A stretch of DNA of 64,000 nucleotides from Octopus bimaculoides (lineage: Eukaryota). The stretch covers positions 64,616,360 to 64,680,359 of the forward strand of contig NC_068993.1 of the NCBI RefSeq assembly GCF_001194135.2, read 5' to 3'. Made by a program: the position numbers and the translations under genes. The notes beneath the pieces were generated by a model. That model was not told the DNA's origin. It saw nothing but the letters and a program-made list of their open reading frames with translations, and made no database searches. Positions 24,789-39,122 of the stretch are shown here, piece after piece; position 1 is the stretch's first letter; each line of letters opens with the position of its first letter.

Positions 24789-26279
24789 TTAAATCTCTGA
24801 GTAAGAGATAAACAGTAACAGTATGGAATCGTAAATATATATTTGCCAATTAAATATAGTGGTCCTATAGAGGACGGTGTCACTGTTGTTTTTAGCCCCA
24901 GGAAGACGTATGTGTGTGTGTGTGTGTGTCTTCCTAGGGCTAAAAATGACGGTGTTGTTCTGTTGTTTTTAACCACAGGAAGACATATGCATATAGATAT
25001 ATATGTATGCATATACATGTATATATATATGCACTTATATACATGTGTGTATATTCATGTGTGTATACATGTGTGTATATACATATGTATATACACGTGT
25101 GTATATACGTGTATGTATATACATGTGAGTGTGTGTATACACGTGTGTATATGCATCCTTTTGTTGTGTTAGTGATTTTATTGTATTGTCTGTATATTTG
25201 GTTTAAAACCTTAAATGTGGCAGCAGATAAGGCGTAAAACGTCTGAAGTGATCTCCACTCGAATGTTGTTGAATCTTTGGAGACTGTGCGTGGTTACAAA
25301 TTGTGTGATACCCATACGAACCCACACGCACAAATATATATATACATACACACACATAGACATACACAATATATTTATCGTGTTTCTGTAAGATTTGTAT
25401 GTCTATCGATTTTTCTCTATTTGTATAAATACTCATAAACGTATAGACAAGAATTTCATCCATTTTTCAAATAGACACACACGCGCACGCGCGCACACGA
25501 TAGCACGAACACACAAACTCTCATAGGTACATTTATACATTTATGCAAATACTGAGAACTTTCATCGCTGCAACATTTTTCTTTTTCTTTTTTTTGCCTG
25601 AGTCATGGCTACATTTGCATTTATATTCCTGAGGTTTTCTTTTATTCATCGTAAGAAACCAATCAAAGCATTAACCGAAAGATAAGACCAGCAAGAACAA
25701 GTAAACGAACCGCAGCAACAAGAATAGCAGCAGCAGCAGCAATGATGGCATTAATATAAACTACTCTAGGAACAATAACTATAATAACAATTACCACAGG
25801 CACACTAACCACTCAACGGCCGTAGCACTAAGAACGCACGAACAATAACGACAATAGTAAAACAACTAAACGGGCAAAAACAACAATAATAACCTGAGAA
25901 ACATTAACAGCAACAACTAAACCAACAATGATATGGTATACAATAACAACAAGAATGACCACACCAGCAACATCAGCAACATCAAAGACAGTAATAAAAG
26001 CCTGTCGCAAAGAACAACATCGAAAACATGAACCACACTAACAGTGGCAACAACAACAACACGATAACAACAACGCCGCAACCTCATCACAACGACTGCC
26101 AGAGTTTAGTTTGTCCTTCATTTTCGAAGATGACCCACTACATTCTAAACAACAACAGCTACGAAATACTCAGCCATACTACTTGACTGGAAAATCCTCG
26201 AATGTTCTTTTCCCTTCATGTTAGCCGTACCCACACGACCAAAACAAGCGAGAGAAGTAGCAGTTTTTCAATATTGCAG

Positions 26280-26420
26280 GCATGTATGGTACCGATGTAA
26301 AGATTCGCTATGTTGTAGTTGCAAGAAATTCGACTCTCGACCTGCGTTGGATTATAAGGAAAGGTGTGTTGGACGAGCGTTATCGCACTGTCATGTCTGA
26401 ATTTGTTGGATCGGGTCCAG
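26280..26420 (+). CDS. Putative exon 3: divergent CUB-like segment (G)MYGTDVKIRYVVVARNSTLDLRWIIRKGVLDERYRTVMSEFVGSGP
   Basis: Acceptor TTTTTCAATATTGCAG, donor CAG|GTAAGC, 141 nt, phase 1-1, the only frame open throughout; YxxDxxIxYxVxA..NSTLDLRW aligns with YxxNxxCxWxIxA..NYSLQVDW of exons 5-6; NST sequon. Confidence 0.65.
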
Positions 26421-27899
26421 GTAAGCCGATATGAGCGCGAGTATTGTGGATGTCGTCTTTCTCGCTGTTGAGGCCTGCCCATTGATGCTTGACTTATCTT
26501 CGCACAGTTCACAGCGTGTCATGGCTTCACATGGAGAGAGTAACAAGTCCTTCAAGAATTTCTCTAAGAAATTAAGACTCGTCGATTACACTCGGTTTAC
26601 GTAGCCTGCAAAAACGTTGCCCGCAGGCTGTAGAGCCACAACTAAGCGCTGGGTGTCAGACACAGTGGCCAACGAACTGTCGTAAAAAGGAATTAGGAAG
26701 ACTCCTACCAAAGCTATTGATCATCTCTGATACCTGATAAAACCTAAAAAAAAGTCACAAACAACAGCAACAACAAAGGTACAGACAATAACAGCAGCAG
26801 TAGCAGCATTTATAGTCACCGAAAGAGAGTAATAACAAAAAGATGAGATCATATTAGAGCTACGTGACAAGATGTAAGAAAATGTTTTTTGTTATTATTG
26901 ATGTTTTAATAATCACGATGGCGGCTGTGGTTTTGCTAGTGATTGTGGTGGTTTTAGTAATCGTTACGGCGGCGTTGGTCAATGTGTTGTTGCTAGAGAT
27001 CAATATAATTTCTCTTTTTCATCGGTCATAAATCTCGTTGGTTTCCAGTTGAAATGATATTCCCTAATCAATTCTCTCCCTCTCGCCGCTGTCTATTCCT
27101 ATCAATCTTTCTTATATACATACAAACATTAATACACATGACATATATTCCTGTGTGAGCGTGCGTGTGTGCATATGTGTGTGTGTGTTTACGTGTGTGC
27201 ATGAGTGTGCGTGTGTTTGTCTGTGTGTGTGCGCGCACGCAAAGACACAAACACAGATACAGGCTTATATCTAGTGGATTAGTTATTCTTTGGATCAAAG
27301 ATTTGCGAGACGCGGAAAAACTAAAGTGAAATTAAACGAAAAGAGGCTTCCGCGATGGAAGCTCAGAAAATTATGCAGAATAAAAGTGTTTCAAAGACCA
27401 AAGGTGAGATTGTTAAAATCAAAGCTATAGCCAATCAATGAGATAAGCATGTAAAAGTTGCACAATTAACAAACAAGTTCGAAGAGAATTTAATGTATTG
27501 GAAATGTGTTGCTGGAAAAGATAACTGAAATTATTGTGCACGAAAAAGAGAATAACGTGAATGAAGCAACGATGGAGTACTTCGGGAGTTTGAAGTGTGA
27601 GGCATTTTATTAGAGTCCCTTGATTAAGTTATGGAGGTGGGCAGCACGGAAGAGATGTTTCTTTGTGGGAAAACAACTGAATTTTCAAAAGGAAAATAAC
27701 TACCAAGCATAAGGTACATGGAACCTTTGAAAGGAGTGGGTAGAATGATGTCTGAATAGACATCATTGAGAGGAATAAATACAACTGTAGACAGCGTCTG
27801 CGTGAGTTTGTCAAAGGGTGAACGCAATTCAATATCTTAAATGCACGAACATGCAGGCACGCACACACATATGCGTGTATACATACACATATATACACG

Positions 27900-28090
27900 G
27901 ATACCAAGTGATCACATGATCGACCAGACTATCGGATGTAATTATACATCGCTGACCAGGCGAGGGGATCCAAATTCCACTGATCGGAAGGCTAGCCAGT
28001 CGCAGGGTTACTCACAACTGAGTGAACTAGAGCAACATGAAAGGAACACAACGGACAGTCTGGTTCGAGAATCGAACCTACTGAACAAAA
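27900..28090 (-). mobile_element. Degenerate SINE (family D-like)
   Basis: CAACTGAGTGAACTAGAGCAACATGAAAGGAACACAAC..GGTTCGAGAATCGAACC resembles 38990-39070. Confidence 0.5.
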
Positions 28091-28554
28091 ATGCCCGGAC
28101 GGCGTAATTTTAGCCTCGTGAAGATGAGCCACGATGGTCATATATAAAGGAGAATTAATTTCACTTTAGTCAATCAGCGGCAAAGGGCGCTCAGACATTC
28201 TCAATTAAAAACCGTCTTTGAATTCTTCTTACGTAAATTACAAGTATGGGAAGATGTTGATGCCCTTCTATATCAACGAAACTTTACGTAACGTGGAGCT
28301 GAGTCAATCTATAAATGTCTGTGCAAGATGGAGGGTGAGGAGATAATTTACAAGAAATATTTACCTAGGAGAGGATTCAATACAGGTGGTGAATATTCAA
28401 GTTTCTCATCAAAAGAACGCTGACCGGAAGTTTTGGCAGTTTGGTTCGTGGCGAAAGGATTAGAAGATGAATGAGTGTGTGTGTGTGTGTGTAGACAAAC
28501 AGGCACACATTCACAAACTCTCTCTCTTTCTTTCTGTCTCTCTCTCACACACGT

Positions 28555-28680
28555 CAGGTTTCCATCTAGCAAATTTCATTTACAAGTCATTGTTCAATCC
28601 AAAGCTGTAGCCCAACATTAGCCTAGCCCAAGGTGCCATACAGTGAAAGTGGTCCTGAAACGAGGTCGTTGCAAATGTCA
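28555..28680 (-). mobile_element. SINE family B head fragment, degenerate
   Basis: GGTTTCCATCTAGCAAATTTCATTTACAAG..GCTGTAG..GCCCAAGGTGCCATACAGTG. Confidence 0.55.
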
Positions 28681-29779
28681 GTCAGTTGCTGGATTCCCTA
28701 TTTACTCCAAAATGGAAGTGTTCTATGAAAGAGATTATTAATGTTTTTAAATGCGATGAAGGTTTTTTTTTTTTTGTGATTTACTTCTTTTTATGTGAAG
28801 AATTTTTATAAAATTTAATCTCTCAGAATTTTGCTTCCCTCTGCTTCGGCTTTCATTTACTCGAAATGCAATTGTTGCAAATGTTTGCATCGTATTTGCC
28901 AATTCAAGGAAATAGTAGAGGACTCTAGAGGACGTTTTAACATGATATGCTGCTCGACCACGTTACTTGACCTAACAATTTTAAATGTTGATATACAAGA
29001 TATTTCAAGCGTTTAAAGTTTCTATCGGCAATCGTTAGAATTTCCTTCGAAGGAAATGGAATATATATATAAAAATAAAAAAGTCATGTTAGAACTGTAC
29101 ATTCTGAGAATTCTCGTTTCAGATATCGAATAGAAAATATATCCTGGTGTTTTGAAAAACCATCAAAAATGATTGTACAAATAAATAACATGGATGATTA
29201 TTCCTACGATAAGACATAAATCAATAGACGTAGGCGACACTAAATACAATTAGTTTTACTAGCAACAGACTTGTCTACATAAAGAAATAGAAAAGAATAA
29301 CAGTTTGAGATTATTAGAATATTTAACCTTAAGCTTTTCAATGCTGAAATATTACGACGAACGGAAGGCAGGGAAATTATTCCCTGCGCTTCTACTACGT
29401 GTAGTTTGGCGACATATTGAAATGAAAATATATATAGAAATCAATAATGAAGTAAGTTAACAACAAACAGTCAAGAAGAAATAATTTAACTTTGGAAGTA
29501 AGCTAATATTTGTCTTGGCAGTGATCGGCTTGTAAATCAGAGAAGCTCTAATTTCATTAAATATGGTTGTCTTTAAATTATTTCAGTTTTCTTCTCCCTT
29601 TTAGCTGATTTCATTTAATGGTACTTTTATGCTCTGAGTTCAAATATTGTGGTTCGTTTTGGTATAAGTACACTGGAAATCATTAAGAAAACGGGATACA
29701 TGGGGCATTTATTTTTTTATTCCATTCCCTACATATAACTTCTCTGCAGTTATGTTATACAGACTCAATGCAAGACATT

Positions 29780-29898
29780 ATTCCGCCGAGGTCAATTTTG
29801 CCTTTTTCAGAGTCTATGAAATTAATAGTAGTTGAGCACTGTTGTCGGTGTGATCGACATTTTATGTTTTGTGCCTTTAGTAGGAAGGTTTATTATTT
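29780..29898 (+). mobile_element. SINE family A, 3' part
   Basis: TTCCGCCGAGGTCAATTTTGCC..AGTTGAGCACTG..TTGTGCCTTTAGTAGGAAGGTTTATTATT. Confidence 0.6.
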
Positions 29899-29949
29899 TA
29901 TGAAAACTCACAGCTTATGTTGCTGGATATGATGTAAAAGTGTTAGCTG

Positions 29950-30218
29950 TCCACAACCAGGTGGACTAAGGTGACACTTGTTTCCTGGCCATGCTTCAAG
30001 AACCCTGCGAAGAATTCTTATAGTTCCAAGCAATGCTGGTTTTTCTAGGTGTTCTGCTTTCACTTTGGCACTGATTTTTTTTCAGCCATGTTGGTAGCTG
30101 AGTGCAGATACTTCCAAGTGCACCAATTCCTATTGCTATCACGTCTACTCTCTTCATTGACCACAACCTTCGTATTTCTCACTTCAAATCGCTATACTTG
30201 TTTTATTTTTCTTCTTTC
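29950..30218 (-). mobile_element. R4/Dong-clade non-LTR retrotransposon, C-terminal remnant
   Basis: Minus strand: KYSDLK*EIRRLWSMKRVDVIAIGIGALGSI..ALLGTIRILRRVLE, the C-terminal pattern of restriction-like-endonuclease (RLE) elements. Confidence 0.85.
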
Positions 30219-31609
30219 ACACTGATATATATATATATACATTTGTGTTTGAGCAGTTTATGATTTCCATTGTGACTTCACAAAGGTTTTGAAAGACATA
30301 ATTTGCCTAAAATATGAGACGTGTGTCTACGTTCCTATGAAGGTTTGAAACCTGATTGTAGAGGTCATTATTTCTGATCGTTAGAAGACATTATTATATT
30401 CTATAAACGATATAACCAAGTTATCATCATTGATTGTCTTTTGTTGATTAGTGTACATCTCTCTGCAAATTCAACCATATAATTTCGGTAGAATCGGAAT
30501 TATGCCTTATTCAAATGTAATGTTTTCGACATCCATCTGTAACAATTTTGTCCACTGGATTGTCTTTAATGCAGCTACCTTAACACAAAGGCTCATTAAT
30601 CAAGATTTGATTTTACACTGTTAAAGACTTCAAGGCATTTATTTTTGCAGTGAGTCTTTTCATATGAAATTAAACTGTTCTAATCTCTTTCGCTGCTTTT
30701 AATAGGATCAAAACAATTGCGAAGATACTTGTTCACCATATCAATTGATAGAATTCGATGAGACAACAACGAGTTTAAAATGGTGGCTGTTTGAGTTTGA
30801 GTAAAGACTACTCATTTAATATCAGTTTACAGAGATAAGTAATTATCAATGACATGTAGACCAGGATACATTAGCAATAATTTCTATTGTAAAGGGTAGA
30901 ATGTAGGTTAATAAGGTAAGTGTGTAGACGTGTCTGTGTGTGTGTGTGTGTACATGTGAACGTATGTTTATGTACTGATATGTGTGTGTCAGTTCAAGTT
31001 GTATACATGACTGTTACTTTATTGAAGGTTGTATATATATACACACACACACACACATATACATATATGTAGACATTCACACATATATGCGTGTGTGCGT
31101 TTGTCGCTCTCACCCCCGACTAACGGTGAACGGATACAACGTCTTAGATACATATATGCACATATAACCTTGCTTATACATATATACAAGTACGCACAAT
31201 CATATAGACGCTTACACACACTCACAAATATATATGTATAATCTTAAAGTATACACGCATATACGCTTATCCATCACTACATATATACACACACACACAT
31301 ACATATATACAAATATATATGACACTAATACAAGGATAACGGTTAAAATTCAAATATGCATATTTTTAATTGTTTCTTATTATAATCTTTTTTTACACAC
31401 ATACACATACCACATATAGATGCATGCATGTACACACTCATACAGTCACATACACAACGCACAACACATACACACACACACATCTTCACATACGTACATA
31501 CACATCAAACTATATACGCTCATACGGTTATATATAACATGTATGTATTATGCATCTCAACATGTATGTAGGGAATGGAATTCCACATGTAAAAGAGAGA
31601 GAAGGGTGG

Positions 31610-32440
31610 CTATAGAGGTGTACTCCCGAGTGGAATCTGGATGTTACCCCATTCGGATTTACGGTTGAGAGAGGGTTTGTATTCCTGTATACAGACAGCT
31701 TCAGTGACTTGTCTCAGCATCGCATCAGTGGGATGTGTGGATAAGNNNNNNNNNNNNNNNNNNNNNNNNNNNNNNNNNNNNNNNNNNNNNNNNNNNNNNN
31801 NNNNNNNNNNNNNNNNNNNNNNNNNNNNNNNNNNNNNNNNNNNNNNNNNNNNNNNNNNNNNNNNNNNNNNNNNNNNNNNNNNNNNNNNNNNNNNNNNNNN
31901 NNNNNNNNNNNNNNNNNNNNNNNNNNNNNNNNNNNNNNNNNNNNNNNNNNNNNNNNNNNNNNNNNNNNNNNNNNNNNNNNNNNNNNNNNNNNNNNNNNNN
32001 NNNNNNNNNNNNNNNNNNNNNNNNNNNNNNNNNNNNNNNNNNNNNNNNNNNNNNNNNNNNNNNCTGCACAATTATTTTGACAGATGATTCTATCAAACGG
32101 ATATGATCTACATAATACAGATTTGATAGTCCTACCAGTCTTTTCTACCACTTTGATCTTAAGGCCAGTTGTGTGCAGGATTTTCTTGAATGCCTTACTT
32201 AATACGTTCTTGGGTGTAGCGTCAACAAACATTACACTGTGAAACTTCTTGTTATCATACCAAGTATCGTTCTTATTTCTTTTGTTGGCCTCCCCCTCTA
32301 ACCTATTCCAGAACTTGTTGCGGTACAGGGGCCATATACCGTTTTCGTCATCTCTTAGGATGCGTTCGAATTTTGTTTTCGCTCCATTGTACCCTCTGGT
32401 TCTATCATGCTTAATTATGCTCTGTAATTCAGTCTTCTAA
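31610..32440 (-). mobile_element. Penelope-like element fragment (RT-to-GIY-YIG linker and endonuclease C-terminus), interrupted by an N gap
   Basis: ..GIWPLYRNKFW..WYDNKKFHSVMFVDATP..LKIKVVEKTGRTIKSVLCRSYPF..C [gap 31746-32063] ..HPTDAMLRQVTEAVCIQEYKPSLNRKSEWGN; no stops in the sequenced parts. Confidence 0.85.
31746..32063. other. Assembly gap (N run) inside the Penelope-like ORF
   Basis: Run of N. Confidence 1.
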
Positions 32441-33794
32441 TTGGTGTCAAGAAGTTTGCATATTGTATGGCTGACCTCGGTCTATGAACAAGATTCATAT
32501 GCTTGTCTCTATGTGTCTATAAGTATGTATGTACGTATGTTTGCCTGAGTGTGGTTTACATATGCGGATAGATATACACATACTTATAAATACTTATAAC
32601 GGTATACATTATGCATTGCTGATATTATCTCATACGAATAACGAGTTTCTAGAATTTATAGATTATGCACTGACAGAATGGCTGAGGAACATTTGGAATC
32701 GATAGAATATACATCTGAGAAAATTTTATAGGCAGGCATCTTGCAGGTAAACTGAAATATAGCGATTTTGTTATGTTAGAGTTGGAATATTAATAATCAA
32801 ATTAACAACACTAAGAGAGACATTAATGAATAATGACTGAAGGAGAGCATGTATATTGATTAGTAATGCTTGTCTGCGTTGATTACTCATACGCAGACCA
32901 TTTCGTCTGAGAGAAGAGTAAGTTCACTGTTCTATGTAAGAATCTTGTCTGTGGACCTTCACTGGCGTGTAACACGTCTCCAACAGAATTGAGACTTCTG
33001 TAGTGTTGGAATCTGTTATGGTTGAGACTTTTGCGAGATTTGATTCTGGTTTGGTGTACGATGCTTCTCTTACTATTTCTAGTGTATAAATCTCTTTACG
33101 CGTGTTCTTTTTGCATAAACATGTGAGACTCAAGAAGAGTTTATGATCAAGATCGCTCAAATAATGGCTACTGCGTCTCTTCTTTTAAGGATGACAATTT
33201 CCAATGTGTTCTCTCACATTTTCGGCGACAGTGTGTGATTTGAAAGAGACGTAGCTGTTGTTGCTGCAAAGTATAGCGACCACGAAGTTCTGCCTGCTGT
33301 CTTCTACTTTTCGTAATGTGTAAACGTTTCGCTAGCATAAGGTCTTTTTCGGATGCATAATTCTATGTGACCGCTGAACCATTTGCGGCATATCAGTTAT
33401 CATGACTGGTGATGTTGCAGGATTTAATAATATATCTTTACCTTACGAGCTCAAATCATAGTCAATGTTGATTTTACCGTTTATTCCTTCCAGCTCCATA
33501 AAATACGCGTCACTCATTATTTGACTGAAATCTTTTTAATAATGTTAATGGCTTAGACCAATTTTAGAAATTAATGTTTTATATTGTGTCATTTATCTAT
33601 TCTATATATTTAGATAACTTCATTTGAAAGTGGAATAATCCATCTGGAGTTTCATTTTCGGTTATTTTTTTTTCTCTCGTTGCCTTGCCCAGACATTGCT
33701 GGACAGCTAAACGATAAATGCTTAGCCTTCCAGCTGTGAAGCACTCTAATAGAAAGTTTTATTCAGTTATACATTGTTAAAAAAAAACTAGAAT

Positions 33795-33831
<37 letters not shown>

Positions 33832-34343
33832 NNNNNNNNNNTCTTCTTTTAAATATACACACACACACACACACACACATACACACACGTATACACACGC
33901 ACTCATATATATATTCGTTATATACGCCCCAAGTTTATTTCACCCTCCGGCTGTGTTTTCCGTGATTTTTTCAGTCACTGTTTGACTATATAAGTAAAAA
34001 CGAAGTTTGTTTTAGCTTTTGGTTGCTATCGGTTACTTGTTGCTGACGGAGCTCAAAGAGACAGCAATGCCACCACCGCTGTGAACGACTTTTGTCTGCT
34101 GCTGATATATTTGTGTGTTTTTATCATTGTTCGTCTATAAGAGATTCTATTATTCTACGAATATCGCAGTTTATTTGGCTTTCAATGATGTATCTGCTTT
34201 AAGAATAATACACAGTTTGCTATTTCAAACAAATACTACTGACGCACATAAGAAATATCTCTCTCACACACACTCTCTCTCTCTCTCTCACACACACACA
34301 CTCTTTCGCGCTCTCTCTCTCTCTCTCTCTCTCTCTATGTATG

Positions 34344-34376
<33 letters not shown>

Positions 34377-34408
34377 ATGTGCGTGTATATATATATATAT
34401 ATATATAC

Positions 34409-34482
<74 letters not shown>

Positions 34483-34489
34483 ATAATCT

Positions 34490-34672
34490 ACATGAAGTGC
34501 TTCCACACGAGCTTGTAAAGTTTTCGTCTACAAAATTGTTTGACGCATGGCGTTAACATGGCGCTGTAGTAGAAGACCCTTTCACATGATGCTGCACAGT
34601 AGGGTCGAAACCGAAACCACGCGGCTACAAGTCAAGATTCATAAACACACAGCCATGCTGTTCTGGCAACCA
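34490..34672 (-). mobile_element. SINE family B head fragment
   Basis: TTTTCGTCTACAAAA..GCTGTAGTAGAAGACCC..GCACAGTAGGGTCGAAACCGAAACCACGCGG..CACACAGCCATGC. Confidence 0.65.
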
Positions 34673-35788
34673 CACGCATCCACACATCCTTACACACACA
34701 CATAGACGCACTCAAATATACATAGGCAGACAGCAACCGACTAATTGTGCGCTTCCTGAATTTATTTATATATTTAGTTAGTTTCTTCTTCATTCCTGCA
34801 GCGTTTCTATTTTCTTGCAACTTTCATTGTACAGCACTGGAAATGTTGCATTAAATTTGAGGATCTACTTGAAGCTTTAACATCAGGAAATTTATATAAT
34901 TGCGTTGGAATAAGTATCGTTGTTTTCATATGAAATGAATGGTATATTGAACAATAGTCTTTTCTTTTTGCAAAGAATTTTGTGAAAAAATTTAGGTACC
35001 TGTAAAATCCTCATCGCTATTCCTAAGTGGCCAACACTTTAATTCTTTGCGTTAATTTTTACATATTTTGGCATTTTCACGGCTGAAATTTTTTAAAAAA
35101 TTAACTCAAGACTCGATCCTTTTTATGACATTCGACAGATCTGGTGAAAGCAATCCAGAAATCTTTATCCATGTCTTCCACCTCAGAATGGAAACATACT
35201 TGATTCGAATGTCTGCGACAGAATGAATTACCTTTCTAAGGCGTCCAAGGTTCAGATAATGGGGTTAAACAAGGCCTAAATGAACCGAACCAACCATCCC
35301 ACTTCATAAAATTATCTGAAAATTAGATGGATATTGAATTTGTCTTTTTGGGCAATTCGTTTGAAAAAAGAAAAAAAACAATATGTTTCTTGTTTAATTT
35401 CTTTCCTTCTAAAATGGATTTCTGCTCCGTTTCTTTGGCCCATAAAATATTTTACGGACTAAATGAATATAATCCATACAACAGCCCCGCATTGATCGGA
35501 AGAAATATTCTACTACGATTGCATTATGTTTGTGTTTGGTCAGAATGAAACGTGCCTCTTTGAAAACATACATGTCACTTTTGCCACTTTGACCCACGAA
35601 TGTAAAATGGTAGCATTTATTCCAAAGTTAAGTGAATTTCTTGCACATCAATACTGGGAATTCGTATCGATGAAATAAAATTTATTCAGTTGATATGTAT
35701 ATCTGTGTATGTGTATGACAGTATATGTATGTCTGTATGTGTGCGTATATAAGTAAATATACAAAGACGCCCACACGCACACGTCCAC

Positions 35789-35832
<44 letters not shown>

Positions 35833-36550
35833 TTATATAAATATGTTCTGAAAACCTGAGAAACATTTGTCTTTTGAATAGCGATTGCATGTGAATAGAG
35901 AAACTGATAAAGAAAATCAATTCCCTGGTTATGGGAAAGACCTGAAGAGTAGTTTTACTATTTACATTGTTCACATTTGAACCTCAAATGACCAGTTTCA
36001 ATCTACATAGAAATGCACTTCATATTTCCATGTTGTTTATGAAATCTACGTCAACGTCATGACATTATTATTTGTATAGTAAAGAGAGAGAAAAGAAAGA
36101 GAGAGAGATTAGTTTATAGTGGGGAAAAGTGGTTTTTATATTACTCAATATATTTGCAGTCTTTACTTGATATGTCTCAAGAAGTAAAATAAAACAATAA
36201 TATTTATTTAATTTCACTTCTTGGAGCAGTAAAGCACCAAGCAAAAACTATAATGATATTTATTTGTGTACTCAAATTTAATGATATATAAATATTATAT
36301 ACATGACGGATGTTTCAAAAGTTCGATTCGCAACAAAAGTGATTTCCATTGAATTCGACTCACTTGTTCAAATGTTTTATGAATGTCTTCGCTTGTCTGT
36401 TGTGGTTTTGGATTTCCTACATTTCTCGGACTCAAGAATTGTGTGAAATTTTATGTGGCTAACAATTATTAATTTTTAAAATTGTGCTTCCCGCTGTATA
36501 AGAAAGAAGTTCTCGACACTTGTGTAACTTGCTGTCGCTTAGAAGACATC

Positions 36551-36625
<75 letters not shown>

Positions 36626-36720
36626 AAGTAAACTCATCCGCATACAATTGTAAAGACTTTTGTTTGTCCACTCACCCGTGCACACACACACACACACGTC
36701 ACACGTGCGCATACACACAC

Positions 36721-36788
<68 letters not shown>

Positions 36789-37614
36789 GTGCAAGATATC
36801 GCACATCCATGTTTTTTATCTTCGTCATGAGGTTGGGGCATTACTCAGTTTTCTTCGCCCGACACCGCTGAGATCGACGCAATCAATGTTCCTTTCGAAA
36901 AGTCGCTAAATCTACTTTCTACTTATGCAAGAAAACATACGCAAGGTGTGCTTTCCTGCTTCCATGAACAACCACCCGTTTAAAAAAAAAAGAAAGAAAG
37001 GGTAATGGTGCCACCCGATATACAAGCAGGCGGATAGCTTATTGTCAAAAACAGTTAATTCTCATTAAAATCACATCATTTCAGTTTAGAGCCCAAAAAA
37101 TACTGGTTCGTATAGTCCTGATATCCCATTTGTAAGAAATGTTTCTGTGGTAACAATAGTCATTATACGTTTACTGGATCAATGGATTAAGGCTGAACTT
37201 GGGTTAACTTTCTATTTTGTGTCAGTCAATGAATCTCAAGGCATATATTGCAGCCCAGTTTGCCAAGTATAGTGAAGTCCATGATATCTATTCATTCAGT
37301 AAACTTTATCCGAATGTACTCCAGTTATTCAGTATCGTCTATTTATTCTGTACATTATAGACGAATAATCTAAATGAGAAGATTGTGATTATGTTATCCG
37401 TCATTAGAGAAATTCATTAAGTGCTTTGCGAATACAAGTTGCTAATGAAGCGAAAGTTTTGCCTACTTTTTTTTTTTTTATCATGCATAACTTTTCTGCT
37501 TAATCTGGTTCCATGAATAACCACTGAAACAGTGGACGTGATTTGCTGTCAGATTACTATATATACCGGCGCCTGATCTCTATTGAAGATAATTAACTTT
37601 TCATATATATATGC

Positions 37615-37661
<47 letters not shown>

Positions 37662-37707
37662 TATATATATTCATTATATGGGTATATAAGAGTATATAAT
37701 ATGCTTA

Positions 37708-37742
<35 letters not shown>

Positions 37743-38899
37743 TAATATAGATAGATGGAAAGATAGATGAATAGGGAGATAGATAGATACATAAATACAA
37801 ACATGCATATATGTATATCCACACGAGTATCTATATACACGAGTGCAAATACACAAACGTACACACGCGCATATATACATGCACACACATACACACACAC
37901 TATATGTGTGTGAGTGTGTGTGTATCCGGACAAATACATCCATACACAGGCATACACGCACATACACATATGCATACACACGCATGCACGCACTCACACG
38001 AACCTACTTACACACACAAACACACTCACATTCGCGTACATGCGCCCACAGAAGCTCATATGCTCGCAAGCCCCATTAATTCCATACTCAGACACACTGT
38101 CGCCACGAATTTCCGGTCCAACCACGCGGCCAAAGAAACTGTTTTCACTCATGTAACTGCTGTCCCTTACTAAACAATATTACCCATCGTGACATCACGA
38201 AACCTTTCTTGACCAATTGCAGCCCATCTCCCTGTAGTCATCTTAAACTTCCTCTACCGCTCCGTTCATTCCGATTCTCACCAGCCTGTGGAGAAACTTC
38301 AAATAGCGCAGAATTCGAATCAAACTGTTTTGAATAATACATGTATGGCTCAATAAATGTGTTGAGTGCCCTCCTCTTTTGTTTGTCTACTCACTCATAT
38401 ATATATAGATAGATAGATATGTTTAACATCGTGAATGAAGTATGAAGTACCCTACTCTAGTAGTTTCTTGCCTACCAGCATGAGCTTTGAGTAGCTAATT
38501 GCTTTATACTTGACTAATCCACCAATCTATTCGCTTAGTACACATTCTATCAACTGTTAAGCAGAAAAAAGATGAAATCGCTCTCGGCTGTATTTCAAGT
38601 CCGAACGCCAAGAGATTTAAATATCGTATATTTAGTATGACACTCTGTCAGTTCATCCCTTCATACAATAGCTAAGGCATTACATTTTATGCTTAATTCA
38701 GTTTTTATTATGTTCCCCATTTTTAATCTTTACACAAGTTCATTGTGACAGTGTTCTGAACCAAATTTTTACTATGTAATTTTTGTTTCTATCGTCATTA
38801 ATTAGAGTGAGTAGAGTGAGTAGATTTCGTGGTCTTCAGTAGAACATTAAGAATAGTGAGAATTATAGAAGTTAGAGTAAAGTTAATTTTTCGAGTAAT

Positions 38900-39122
38900 G
38901 CCGACTGCTAAGGGCCGGTTCCCATGGCATATAAATTCCTTACCTGGACGGGACGCCAGTCCATCGCAAGTACGACTCATTTTTGCCAGCTGAGTGGACC
39001 GGAGCAACGTGAAATGAAGTGTTTTGCTCAACAACACAACGCGTCGCCAGGTTCAAGTATCGAAACCACAATCTTACAATTATGAATCCAACACCCTAAC
39101 CAGTAAGCCATGCGACTCCACT
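38900..39122 (-). mobile_element. tRNA-derived SINE family D
   Basis: Reverse complement: head GTGGAGTCGCATGGCTTACTGGTTAGGGTGTTGG..GTGGTTTCGATAC, body TTGAGCAAAACACTTCATTTCACGTTGCTCCGGTCCACTCAGCTGG, then TTGCGATGGACTGGCGTCCCGTCCAGG. Confidence 0.85.
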
